DNA from: Octopus sinensis
Taxonomy: Eukaryota
Assembly: GCF_006345805.1 (NCBI RefSeq)
Contig: NC_043002.1
Coordinates: 69,502,001 to 69,566,000 of the forward strand
Reading direction: 5' to 3'
Length of the DNA stretch: 64,000 nucleotides
Shown here: positions 27,501 through 38,397 of the stretch, one piece after another
How positions within the stretch are numbered: position 1 is the first letter of the stretch
Layout of the letters: every line of letters starts with the position of its first letter
Made by a program: the position numbers and the translations under genes
Notes under the pieces: model-generated
Seen by the model: the letters and a program-made list of their open reading frames with translations, nothing else
Told to the model about the DNA's origin: nothing
The model's database searches: none

Positions 27501-27638
27501 TTTGTCTAAGATCAGCTGATGGATACTGTCAAGAAACTCCTTCACATCATTTTTCTCATAGAAATTACATTCTCTGGTATGACCGTTGGTGTGACCGTTG
27601 GTGTGACCGTTGGTGTAACCGTTAGTGTAACCGTTCAT
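12041..27638 (-). CDS. Spliced gene: group II PLP-dependent amino-acid decarboxylase, CSAD/GADL1/GAD family (14 coding exons, 1539 nt, 512 aa)
   Basis: Manually joined exons give an uninterrupted ORF with family motifs [58 protein letters not shown] (PLP Lys320), [38 protein letters not shown]. All 13 introns are GT-AG with matching phases. Orthology (CSAD vs GADL1 vs a lineage-specific paralog) cannot be fixed without a phylogeny. Confidence 0.95.
12674..13723. repeat. ~253-bp direct repeats (12674-12926 and 13470-13723) flanking exon 13
   Basis: Near-identical sequence. Confidence 0.9.
13043..13132 (-). CDS. Decarboxylase exon 13 ([15 protein letters not shown]...QKLSK)
   Basis: tgtttcacAG acceptor, GTAATA donor; 90 nt; phase 0-0. 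Confidence 0.95.
14299..14353 (-). CDS. Decarboxylase exon 12 ([18 protein letters not shown])
   Basis: tattttccAG acceptor, GTGAGT donor; 55 nt; phase 2 to 0. Confidence 0.93.
15065..15182 (-). CDS. Decarboxylase exon 11 ([23 protein letters not shown]...MELS-Q)
   Basis: ttgttccacAG acceptor, GTAAGT donor; 118 nt. Confidence 0.95.
15535..15616 (-). CDS. Decarboxylase exon 10 ([28 protein letters not shown])
   Basis: ctactttcAG acceptor, GTAAGT donor; 82 nt; catalytic-loop Tyr in YLFQ. Confidence 0.95.
16379..16457 (-). CDS. Decarboxylase exon 9 ([26 protein letters not shown]; PLP lysine)
   Basis: tattctAG acceptor, GTATGT donor; 79 nt. Confidence 0.95.
17381..17590. mobile_element. ~210-bp mariner-type MITE
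   Basis: TIR gggtgctgaaaa..ggcttt / aaagcc..ttttgcagcaccc; homologous copies at 44512-44690 and 57118-57332. Confidence 0.75.
17740..17804 (-). CDS. Decarboxylase exon 8 ([22 protein letters not shown])
   Basis: tttatttacAG acceptor, GTAAGA donor; 65 nt. Confidence 0.95.
18275..18570 (-). mobile_element. Two degenerate SINE-A copies
   Basis: Same core sequence. Confidence 0.7.
18605..18721 (-). CDS. Decarboxylase exon 7 ([21 protein letters not shown]...WLHVD)
   Basis: tctttttccAG acceptor, GTAAGT donor; 117 nt. Confidence 0.95.
19892..20026 (-). CDS. Decarboxylase exon 6 ([15 protein letters not shown]...LSLKQ)
   Basis: ttttttcAG acceptor, GTAAAT donor; 135 nt; contains the PLP-stacking His (CHYS). 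Confidence 0.95.
20568..20683 (-). CDS. Decarboxylase exon 5 ([14 protein letters not shown]...VFASEG)
   Basis: tttatccacAG acceptor, GTAAGT donor; 116 nt. Confidence 0.95.
21035..21270 (+). mobile_element. SINE-A
   Basis: Full head, core and tail. Confidence 0.85.
21465..21571 (-). CDS. Decarboxylase exon 4 ([13 protein letters not shown]...GDGMFCP-G)
   Basis: cttttacAG acceptor, GTAAGT donor; 107 nt; phase 2 to 1. Confidence 0.95.
22020..22450 (-). mobile_element. tRNA-derived SINE family B with internal (AT)n/(CA)n
   Basis: Head ggctgtgtggtaag..ggttcagtcccactg, CORE-like ccttgggcaagt, tail cagtcaaatgactgaaac. Confidence 0.85.
22604..22694 (-). CDS. Decarboxylase exon 3 ([29 protein letters not shown])
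   Basis: tttgtattttAG acceptor, GTAAGT donor; 91 nt; phase 1 to 2. Confidence 0.95.
22955..23185 (-). mobile_element. SINE-A
   Basis: Full head, core and tail. Confidence 0.85.
23884..23977 (-). CDS. Decarboxylase exon 2 (NKLQLDIG...MSVKT-G)
   Basis: AG at 23978-79, GT at 23882-83; 94 nt; aligns to the family segment ending SVKTG. Confidence 0.9.
24295..24720 (-). mobile_element. SINE-B
   Basis: As above. Confidence 0.8.
24735..25047 (+). mobile_element. Retroposon with (GAT)n tail (RTE-type 3' end)
   Basis: ggttggcgttaggaagggcatccagctgt..ccatgctagcatgga..cgttaaacgatgatgat; reverse copy at 25405-25740, partials at 16700 and 28990. Confidence 0.7.
25825..26485 (-). mobile_element. Cluster of three SINE-A copies
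   Basis: Repeated core and heads. Confidence 0.8.
27435..27638 (-). CDS. Decarboxylase coding exon 1 (MNGYTNG...[11 protein letters not shown], 68 aa)
   Basis: ATG at 27638; acceptor tttttcatttacAG at 27647-27648 (8 nt of 5' UTR); donor GTAAAT at 27434; phase 0. Confidence 0.9.
27576..27635 (-). repeat. Coding 12-bp tandem repeat x5 (NG[YH]T)
   Basis: aacggt(t/c)a(c/t)ac(t/c) units. Confidence 0.9.
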
Positions 27639-28059
27639 TGTTATTGCTGTAAATGAAAAACAAAATAGATAATTAGAAATTAAAATTCAAGTAATATTTT
27701 ACCACCGTTCAAGGGTGTATATTCAATATATACACTTATATAAACTGCACACCTGCCAAAAGTCAGAGAATATTGATCAGTAATTCATACTTTACTTTAT
27801 ATAACTTACAATATATTATTGTAGCAGCACTGTTGGCAGATTAAGTACCTGTGCTTACTGCTACTTTTAAGTAGTGTAGCAGCAGTCACAATACCAGAAG
27901 CTGATAAGCATAAAAAAAAAGGTAAACAGTAGCACATGTTTGTAGCAGGATAGTGACAAGCCTAACAATACTAATTTTCAAAAGCAGTATACATACACCA
28001 ATGCTCTATTGATAATTTGGTGTTACAGCAAGATTCACTAAACAGCTTCAACTCATATA

Positions 28060-28570
28060 TACTGTAATTGATTGGAATTCGCATCATCAGTTTGGAATCC
28101 CTATCTTGCTCAGAACATTGACCTCCTGGAATCTGTCCAGAGACGTGCAACCAAACGCATACCCTCCATCAGACACCTACCATATTCTGAGCGCCTTGTT
28201 TCCCTGGGCATGGATTCACTGAAGCTCCGGCGTCTAGCGATGGACTTGGTAAACACCCACAAGGTTATCAACCACCTCACCAACAACAACACTGAACACC
28301 TTTTTGATCTCCATGTGTCTAACACACGTGGACATGCCTACAAAGTCAGAAAACAGCACAGCTCCCATGACTTTCGGAAACATTTTTTCACGCTCAGGGT
28401 TGCTGAAGCGTGGAATAAACTGCCTGCATCAGTTGTTGACTGCCATGACACTGCATCCTTTAAGGCCCTCATGCTTCCCGAAATCCGTCGAAACTACACC
28501 TGATTATATATACACTTTAGATGAGTTGTAGTGCACCTGAGCACTGTACACAATTATTATTATTATTATA
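28060..28570 (+). mobile_element. CR1/L2-type LINE 3' fragment in intron 1
   Basis: EFASSVWNPY..LESVQRRATK..LRRL..RKHFFTLRV..WNKLP; (ATT)n tail. Confidence 0.85.
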
Positions 28571-29784
28571 TACATATGTTTGCCATTAAATGCCTGAATA
28601 TTGTTTTTGTGTGTGTGCACATACATCAATGTGTGTGTATGTACTTACATGTGTTTGCATGTTTAGAAAAAACTGTCTTTGTTGATGTCCTGTAATTAAT
28701 AAATGTGATAAAGATAAATTACTAAACCAAATGTCAGACTTAAAAAGTAAGCAGTGAGGTTGATATAAATGACAAAAAGCCTCCATGGCTATGCAGCAGC
28801 ATGGCCACTGTCTAGTGACTGAAGCAAATTAAAGAATATATGAGAGGATTCTGTGCAGTTTTCTATCTGCTATCTTTCAGAAGTAAGGTCTAAATCAGGC
28901 CTGGCGAACTTGAATTACATTGCCGCCACTTTAATCACAGAAAGGTTTTTAAGGGCCACTTGTATAATGACTGAATTAAAAGCATTTTGCTGGCTTCCCA
29001 GACCCCGGTTGAACTGTCCAACCCATGCTAGCATGGAAAGCTGATGTTAAACGATGATGATGATGATGATGATGCTATTATTACAATAATGAATGAATGC
29101 CCGTTGATTCAACATGAAATATTATCGTTGCAAAAACAGCAGTATCTTTCTTTTTTACTTTTCCTTACAATCTTTCATTTTTGATGAAATTTTTAAAAGG
29201 TTTGTTTAAATAAACCCATTTTAAGAAAGTATCAACTGGGCCACAAGATAAAAGTCTATGGGATGCATGAGGCCCACAGGTCTCAGGTTGGCCAGCCCTG
29301 GTCTAAATGGTCCCAACAGAGTTTACTAACTAGTTATTTATCCATCTCTCTCAGGATCTAATCCAAATCAGATAATCAGAAAATTAACGAAAAGATTAGT
29401 CTAGCATATCCTAACCATCTTACTCTTAGGGTTAGGGTTAAGGTGCAATCTATGTCTCATGAAACCCCAACATTATAATCATTATATATTTTTATTTATC
29501 TTTTTCTTTTCTATTCATTAAGTTAAATTTTAGAAAAGATCTATCTTTGAAAAGTTTGACAGAGACCACAAAGATAACTTTAAGAAATTTTGTCAGATCC
29601 AAGACCCTGCTTAAGACTAAATTCTCTATTAAGAGGACATTTTCTCTATAGTATCTCACCATTACATATGACAAGATTCCCTTATCTTCCCTATGAATAA
29701 GAATTAAACATAAAAGTGGCTTTAAAATACATCTATATATTATTGATCGCACATACACAGTGTACATGTTTTGTTTATATAGGC

Positions 29785-30190
29785 ACAGGAGTGGCTGTGT
29801 GGTAAGTAGCTTGCTTACCAGCCACATGGTTCTAGGTTCAGTCCTACTGCATGGCACCTTGGGCAAGTGTCTTCTACTATAGCCTCGGGCTGACCAAAGC
29901 CTTGTGAGTGGATTTGGTAGACAGAAACTGAAAGAAGCCTGTCGTATATATGTATATGTATATATATATATATGTGTGTGTGTGTGTTTGTATGTATGTG
30001 TTTGTCCCCCAACATCGGTTGACAACCAATGCTGGTGTGTTTACGTTCCCGTAACTTAGCGGTTCGGCAAAAGAGACTAATAGAATAAGTACTAGGCTTC
30101 CAAAGAATAAGTCCTGGGGTTGATTTGTTTGAATAAAAGTGGTGCTCCAGCATAGCCGCAGTCAAATGACTGAAACAAGTAAAAGAGTAA
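29785..30190 (+). mobile_element. SINE-B, full length
   Basis: As above. Confidence 0.9.
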
Positions 30191-31207
30191 AAGAATACAC
30201 TGAATTTGCTGCGAGATAGTGTCCTGGGAAAGATGCCTACACAGTGTCAAGTGTTTAAGAACACTGGAATATCATGGACCAGGCGAGGCAATATTCACCT
30301 CAGAATCACTGAGAATGGTAGATATTGATATTTCACCATTATTGTGGCATATCAATACCATATACTCAGATCATCTCAAAATGAATCGAATCTCTGGTCT
30401 ATGGCTTATATGCAAATAAGGTGAAAACTATTTGCTGCAGTGTTGTGGCATAGCACATGTGAATATCAAATTAGATTACAAATGAAAACCTGCTTTTAAT
30501 TCATAATTCAATTTACATATATAATTAGTCATCTTTATTTCTTGCAGAACCCTTAGTAACCTCAGAACTCCTGGATGGAAAATGCCGGTATTGACAGTAT
30601 ATCTTATCAGAGATTGGCTTAATTCATTAAATAATTGTATTCAGAGAGGTTTTGTAGTTTTTTCTTTTGTTTTGTTTTTAATTGATAATTGATATGTGTT
30701 ATGATGTAGGTTAGGAATTTGTTGAAGGTCATTTTTTTTTTTAAATAAAACATTCGTCAGAGTAAGACAATAACAATATCCTTTACGGACATTCCTAGAC
30801 TGGTGACATCAAAGCAGCTGATGACTTGTCTGTACATTTATAGGTCACCGTTCTGTCTGAGTGGTAAGAAGCGAGGAGAGGGCCTGACCCAAAAGCAAAG
30901 AACAAAAGGTATCTAAAGATCAGGTGATGATATTAGGTTCTGTCTAAAGATCAGGTGTTATTGCTTAACTGGGTAGCATGTTAAGTTGATATGAAGGGTA
31001 AAGGAAGAAAAAAGAAAGTGAAATGAGAAAGCGGCAAATGAATGAAGTGAGAGATATCTATTTTATAGGTTTGAAGCTCAAATTCACTGTAGAGATTACA
31101 TTCAAAATTCCAGGACAAATTATAAGTGTATCAGATCGTCTAGCTGTCAAGACTAGGCATCAGCCTTGGAAATGGAAGCCTGCTCTGGGCCAATGAAGTT
31201 GTTCTCT

Positions 31208-31430
31208 ATTTAACCATTTAGCATTAAAACCGGCCATATTTGGCCAAACTATTCTACCTGTTTTATGTTTGAACATAACTTCTTACACCTACCCTACAAT
31301 GACATTCTAAAAATAAAAATCACATCATTGTAAACTCAAAGCTACAAGATAATGTAGAATTAATACAAAACAATGTGAGTAAATAAGCATTGCACCTGAC
31401 AGAATAATCTGAATGCTAAAGGGAGAACCA
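31208..31430. mobile_element. Possible piggyBac-like MITE
   Basis: ttaaccatttagcatt ... aatgctaaaggg imperfect TIR starting at TTAA. Confidence 0.35.
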
Positions 31431-31510
31431 TAGGTAAACATTATTAATTCAAGAGAACCTTAGAATATGGAAATGTTCGTATCACACTGGCTTGGAGATT
31501 CGAGGTAAAG

Positions 31511-31541
<31 letters not shown>

Positions 31542-31558
31542 GAGAGAGAGAGGGGAGA

Positions 31559-31592
<34 letters not shown>

Positions 31593-32094
31593 GAGGAAAG
31601 ATCCAGTACTGATTGTCATGTTGTGGTTGGTAACCTGTCGGCCTTGTAGTTTATTGAATGGAACACGTTCAATATATTTTGTTATTGTTTACATTTGTAT
31701 ATCTAGATGTGTCTATATGATGATAGCAGTGGAAGAAGACAATCTGGACCTCGTTGAAGACTGCCTGGATGGTTTAATTATTTCACAGTTATTTCAAGGA
31801 AGACTTTTGTATTAAAACAAAACTGAAACTTTTCTTTCTAAATGTGAATACATTTTGCATTTATAAAAAAAAATACTTAGATTAGTTGCAAAGTTAAGAA
31901 TAGTGCTGTTGTGTTGTTAATGCACTTGAAAAGAACGAGTGTGTGTTGCAGCTACCAGCACAGGATTTATATATAGGATTTACATATGAAATGGGCCATG
32001 GATCAGTGGTGTTAAAAATTTAAAACTATATTCATAGCAATCAAATAAATGATTCGTAATGTTTTTTACTTGTTTCATTTTAATTTCAGAGTTC

Positions 32095-32590
32095 AAAAGC
32101 GGTGAGCTGGCAGAATCGTTAATGCGTTAGACGAAACGCTTAGCGGTATTTCGCCTGCCGTTACGTTCTGAGTTCAAATTCCGCCGAGGTCAACTTTGCC
32201 TTTCATCCTTTCGGGGTCGATTAAATAAGTACCAGTTACGCACTGGGGTCGATATAATCGACTTAATCCGTTTGTCTGTCCTTGTTTGCCCTCTCTGTAT
32301 TTAGCCCCTAGTGGGTAGTAAAGAAATAAGTATTTCGACCGTCTTTTCGTTCTGAGTTCAAATCCTCTCCCCACAAATTCAAGGCCTTATGCGTCTAGGA
32401 GAAAGGATTAAAAGCGGCGATCTGGCAGAAACGTTAGCACACCGGGCGAAATGGTTAGCGGTATTCGTCTGTCTTTATGTTCTGAGTTCGAATTCCGCCG
32501 AGCCCGACTTTGCCGTTCATCCTTTCGGGGTCAATAAATTAAGTACTAGTTACATCGACTCAGTCCCTTTGTCTGTCCTTGTTTCAAACT
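32095..32590 (+). mobile_element. SINE-A cluster (dimer plus second copy)
   Basis: Core and heads; 184-bp internal period. Confidence 0.85.
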
Positions 32591-33359
32591 TTTAAAATAA
32601 TAATACTTTATATATTTATATATTCATCTATTATTACAATATTATTTTGGACGTGTGTCTTCTTTAATGATATTTTTGATGTAATTTTTCCCGCTCTTAC
32701 TTTGTAACACACATAAACACTAAAATATAAAATATTGCCCTTTAATTAACATCCCAAACACCGAGTGGGAGATGTCAATCATCTAAAATAGCGATTATAT
32801 CAAGTTAATAAGAAAGTTAAGGCCAAGTTAATTGCAGAACCTTAATGAGTATTCGAAACCATATCACGGAAAACGGTCTCTAATGCTCGGGAAAATATGA
32901 CAAAACGAGCTTATAAAAAAACATTTGAAGAAAACATTTTGTAAGTTGATGCTAGGAGTGGAAGAGGAGAAACTGGACTCCGTTGGAGAATGGCTGGTTT
33001 AATTGCTTCCTATTTATTACAAGGAAGACTTTCGGATTAAAACAAATTCACTAACATACTCATAAATTGATCTATTGTAATTATTAAGTAAAGAAAATAG
33101 CCTGTAACTGATTTAGGTAAAATGCTAGCAATTTGGAGTGTATGTGTGTGTGTATGTATGGGGAGTGAGTGAGTGAGTCGATATAATCGGTCTCAGTACA
33201 TGACTAGTACTTTTTATATGTATCGACTACGAAAGCTGAAAGGCAAAAGTTAACCTCAGTGGGATTCGAACTCAGAGTGTAAAAATTTGGAACAAATATC
33301 GCAAAACACATTTTCTTTTCTGACGGTCTAACGATTCTGCCAACTCGCCCGTGCGGCAG

Positions 33360-33815
33360 TGTGTGTGTGTGTGAAAGTGTGTGTGCGTGTATGTGTGTGT
33401 GTGCGTATGTGTATGTGTGTGCGTATGCGTGTGTGTATGTGTGTGTGCGTGCGTGTATGTACGTGTGTGTGTGCGTGTGTGTGTACGAGTGTGTGTGCGT
33501 GTGAGTATGCGTGTGTGTATGTGTGTATGTGAGGGTGAGTGTGCGTGCGTCCGTATGTGTGCGTGTGTACGAGTGTGTGTGCGTGTGTACGAGCGTGTGT
33601 ACGAGTGTGTGTGCGTGTGTACGAGCGTGTGTACGAGTGTGTGTGCGTGTGAGTATGCGTGTGTGTATGTGTGTGTATGTGAGGGTGAGTGTGCGTGCGT
33701 CCGTGTGTACGAGTGTGTGTGCGTGTGTACGAGTGTGTGTGCGTGTGAGTATGCGTGTGTGTGCGTGTGTGTATGTAAGGGTGAGTGTGTGTGCGTCCGT
33801 GTGTGTGTGTGTTGC
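33360..33815. repeat. Compound GT-rich mini/microsatellite
   Basis: gtgt/gcgt/gtac units. Confidence 0.9.
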
Positions 33816-34669
33816 GTGCGTAGGATTTTCTTTTGAAGTAGTTATTGGAGGCGGTGGTGGTAAAAGTTAAAATGTTTATCGATTTGTATCCGATTGAATA
33901 CAAGAACAGATGAAGTTCGATAAAAAAAAAACCTCAAAAAAAAAGCAGGAGAAACAAAAACAAATAGTCAAAACATCGTCTGCTAGAAAATTTCAGCGAC
34001 TAAACATTACGTCATTCGCTTTACGATGATGATTGGTTGCTGTAACAACAACCCGGGAACCATGGCGACAGACTGTAATAATCATGGCTGGTTAACAACC
34101 ACCAACTGGCCAAGGGCTATGATATATAATGTGCCGACCGCGTCGCTAGTATCTCATCATCTTAGACTAGTTTCTCATTATTGGCTCTGCGAAGCCACTC
34201 ACTCATCTCTTAGAAACCGGGAACTTGCAGAAGTATTGCGCAACTGAAGGGTTTATTGTTTGTTAGGATAAGCAGATTCCGCCGGAGTCGACTTTGCCTT
34301 TTATCATTTCAGGAAGAACTATTCAAATATTGGGATTGATGTAATCGACTAGACTCAAATCCCCAACATTTCAGGCCTTGTGTCAAGAGAAGGAAGAATT
34401 ATTTGTAAAGATTATCTCGCAGCGGATGCCAAGGGCTCAAATCCTGTAATGGACTCAGGAAAATAAAGTGAGAAACCGCTGTTTTGTATCGTCAATCTGT
34501 GAATCATCATAGACAAGCGAAGTTTTTAATAGTGTTCCGGCGACCCTGGTACCTGATAGGAACCAAGTGAAATGAACCGAATAAAGTGAAGGCGAAATTA
34601 ACATTTTTAGATTTTCGTTGTTTCACAATGAAAATGAAAAGAAGAAAATCAAAATAATATTTTAAAAAT

Positions 34670-35095
34670 CATCATCATCACGTTAATCACAACCACAGCC
34701 ATCACTGCAATAACTTCAATTACTGCCGCCATCGCCACTTCTACAATAATCACCACCGCCACCATCACCACTACCACCACCGCCACCATCACTACTATCA
34801 CCGCGGCTTCCATCACCACCACCACCACCACCACCACCGCCATCCCTACCATTACTACTACCACGACCGCCACTATCACCACTACCACCACCGCCACCAT
34901 TACCACTACCATCACCTTAATAAAATTATGCTTTAAAAAGACAATTCCGTCAGCAACCAAAGGAAAAAAAACTTATATTGAATTTGTAAGGAAAATATTT
35001 GGTTGAGTAATATTCAGTGAAACCTGAACGTGCGTGTTGTGAAATGTAGTAGTAGTAGTAGTAATAGTAGTAGTAACAACAGCAGCAGCAGTAGT
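34670..35095. repeat. (CAC/ACT)n and (AGT)n trinucleotide tracts
   Basis: Visible repeat. Confidence 0.85.
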
Positions 35096-35879
35096 GTTGA
35101 TAATTTGGGGATTACGAGTGGAAATGTACTGCGAGTTAGACAACTAGGGAAGATAGCAATGGGAGTCGGCAAAACAGCTTTTTTTTTTTTTTACTTTTGT
35201 AGTAGCTATAGTGTGTGAAGGGTAAGTAGACGACAAATGTTATCCTTTCTCTTTCACAGAAAGAATAAGCATTTCTTACTTAATCAAAATGGATCTCACA
35301 GAGGAAACGAAACTGGTTCGTGGAGAAGCCGGTCCTCTCTGCCGGTACCAAAATGTGCGAGTTTGGTTTCTACTTCATAAGTAATCTTTTCTCGCTTCAA
35401 TACAATTTCTCGAATTTATATAAACGAGTAGAAAAAAAAAAAAAGAAGGAAAATATAACATTACTGCTTTCCCGTATAGGTATTGGCGACAATAAATAAG
35501 GCTTTCCAGTTAGGATTCGAGACGGAACAGCATTAGAGCCATAATCATCGATGTGTATCAATGAATTTTAGAATGAATACATATGTCAAATTAGAGAAAC
35601 GGATGTAGTAGTACCTATATAACTGGACCTCAATGTCTTACTGGTAATTAATTTTCTGAATCTGAAAGAGGGAATTAGAATCACCAAACAATGAGATTTT
35701 TTTTTTGTAACGTATAGAACATTGACAGATTTTGTTTTCTCACAATATCTGAGAGTTAGATAACTCCGTTTAACTGAAAGGTACGAGGAAACAAAATATA
35801 AGTGGGGATACACTTGTGAAAGTGTGCCCAGGCGATCCTTCGGTGCTGGTATCCAAAGAATTGGTATGAGGAGACGCCC

Positions 35880-36193
35880 ATATATATATATATACATACA
35901 TGTATATGTATATATATATGTATATATACATACATGTATATGTATATATATATATACATGTATATGTATATATATATATACATGTATATGTATATATATA
36001 TATACATACATGTATATGTATATTTATATATATACATACATGTATATGTATATATATACATACATGTATATGTATATTTATATATATACATGTATATGTA
36101 TATATATACATACATGTATATGTATATATACATACATGTATATGTATATATTATATATACATACATGTATATGTATATATATATATACATACG

Positions 36194-36231
<38 letters not shown>

Positions 36232-36310
36232 CATGTATATATATATATACATGTATATGTACATATATATATATATATATATATACATACATGTATATGT
36301 ATATATATAT
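35880..36310. repeat. Compound (AT)n/(TACATG) satellite
   Basis: Visible repeat. Confidence 0.9.
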
Positions 36311-36624
36311 ATTAAATACATACATTCCACATTCATGTGTACATGAATATGTAACAAAACCGTTTAAAGATCAATGACGATTTTCATGTCCAAGTAAGAC
36401 CATCATTGACAATTAAAAGAATTGTGTTTCTGACAAGGACTCTTTCGCATAGATGGACAGTGACCTGTTCCCTGTAAAAACCATAGTGACATGCGTATAT
36501 GACATAACATAATATGTAATATATAATTAATTCATCTATAGATTTGCCGGTATGATAATGGCTTGAGAAGAAGAATCGAAAATAAAAAAGAAAAAGAAAA
36601 AGGTTACGGTCTGTTTAAACTTAC

Positions 36625-36703
36625 CGTTTGGATCAGCCGAAGTGAACAGAAATAAAGCGGAAGAGATTTGAAGTGAGATATGATCGAGCCGGGAGTTTAT
36701 ATA
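36625..36703 (-). promoter_or_regulatory. Probable core promoter and ~50-nt non-coding first exon of the decarboxylase gene
   Basis: Minus strand: TATATAAA at 36703-36696; Inr-like TCACTT with its A at 36674, 29 nt downstream; donor ACG|GTAAGT at 36624. Coding exon 1 has an upstream acceptor, so a 5' UTR exon is expected. Confidence 0.6.
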
Positions 36704-37559
36704 AGGACTGCTTTCAATCAAGAGATAAAAAAAAATTTTCCATTCAATCAAACTCTTCCTCCCGTAACAACACGCATAAGCGCAGACACAAACACACACA
36801 CTTATACATAAACACACACATGTATAGATACATACATAGGTGTGTATAAGGACGGGTGTTGGGGCGTGTGTGTGAGTGAGGCACCTCTCACTGTAAAAAG
36901 AGGAAGGGGAAGGATTGTGGAAACGTAAGTTGGTCTACCTGCAGGAAAGAGGAAGGGAGTAAAGATAGACAGTGAGATAAATAGATAAACAAAGAGAGAG
37001 AGACGGGGAGAGGGAGAGAGAAAGAGTGAGAAAGAAAGAGGGAAAGAAAGAGAAAGGGAGAGAGAAGAATGAATGTTTTACATGAATAACTACACGCACA
37101 AACACACACACGCGCACGCAACATTGTGTTTTAAGCGTGTGTGTATGTACGTATGCGTCCACGTGTGTATGTTTGCGTGCATGTATCTGTGTGTGTATGT
37201 GTGTGTGAGTTCGTATGTATGCCTCATCCTTCTAGAGAGAAGACAACCAGGCTTGGGAAGATTACTCGACAGTCAGAGGCCGATAGCAAAATGTGTTGAG
37301 TGGAAAACTACTGGATATTAAAAATACTCTGATTGGGAAAATGAAGTGTGTTAGATGTATAATAATTTTTTTCATTCTTCTCTCAAGGTTCTTTCCTAAA
37401 TTTCCTAAACTGCATCCTACAACATTCTCGAAGTTTCTATAAACTCCACCATCTTCACCACCACAGTCCCTATATTCTTTTTCTATCTTCTTTTTCTTTA
37501 CCGGTCTCTACCTTTCTCTTTTTCTGTCTAATTGTCCCTCTGTCGTCTGCTCAGGATTG

Positions 37560-37864
37560 CAACTATTTATGTAATATTATATATATATAATATATATTAT
37601 ATAATATTATTATATATAATATTATATCATATTATATTATATTATATATATATATATATATATATAATTACTTAATCATTGTTATATGTTTAATCTCATA
37701 GTTAATCTTTCTATAAAATGTAATTTTTCTAAATGGTATAATTTATTTTTCATTATTGAATTGATACAAGGTGGGGTTTTTTCTAATTTATATTTAATTT
37801 AGAAAAATTACATCTTATAGAAAGATTGAATATAAGATTAAACATATAACAATGATTAAGTAAT

Positions 37865-37904
<40 letters not shown>

Positions 37905-37958
37905 ATATAGTATAATATAATATAATATAATATAATATAATATAATATATATAATATA

Positions 37959-38034
<76 letters not shown>

Positions 38035-38110
38035 ATATATTATATATATATATATATTATATATATACTTTATTTAAGCAGCAGAAAATTCAACCTATAT
38101 ATATAATATA
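37560..38110. repeat. AT-only low-complexity tracts, (AT)n and (ATATA)n
   Basis: Visible repeat. Confidence 0.85.
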
Positions 38111-38397
38111 TATATACACAATAAACATATCTAAACGTATAAACATGTGCTGCATATGTATGCATGTTATATACACATAATATTAGTATACATGTCTATG
38201 TACACACACACACACACAAACATACGCACACACATGAGTAAATATTCAAATGAATATTTATATAGATATTTTTATTATTGTCAGCGGTAAATTTAAATAA
38301 TTGATAATAATAACAACAAAAATATAGGTGGTTGCAAGTAATAATAACGTTAAATAACTAGAAAATAAAGCTTATAATCAGAATTAACTATAATTAC

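Noticed and set aside
27576-27635. NG[YH]T repeats as N-glycosylation sequons
   Set aside because: The third residue is Y or H, not S or T, and there is no signal peptide
12041-27638. Decarboxylase as a pseudogene or bacterial transfer
   Set aside because: Intact 512-aa frame, 13 canonical introns and animal-type family motifs
29785-29860. tRNA-like A/B boxes here and at many other sites
   Set aside because: Heads of SINEs that continue into SINE bodies; no complete cloverleaf
34649-34960. Val/Ala-rich 103-aa ORF and poly-His/Thr ORFs near 39775-40176
   Set aside because: Products of (CAC)n tracts, with no domain or splice support
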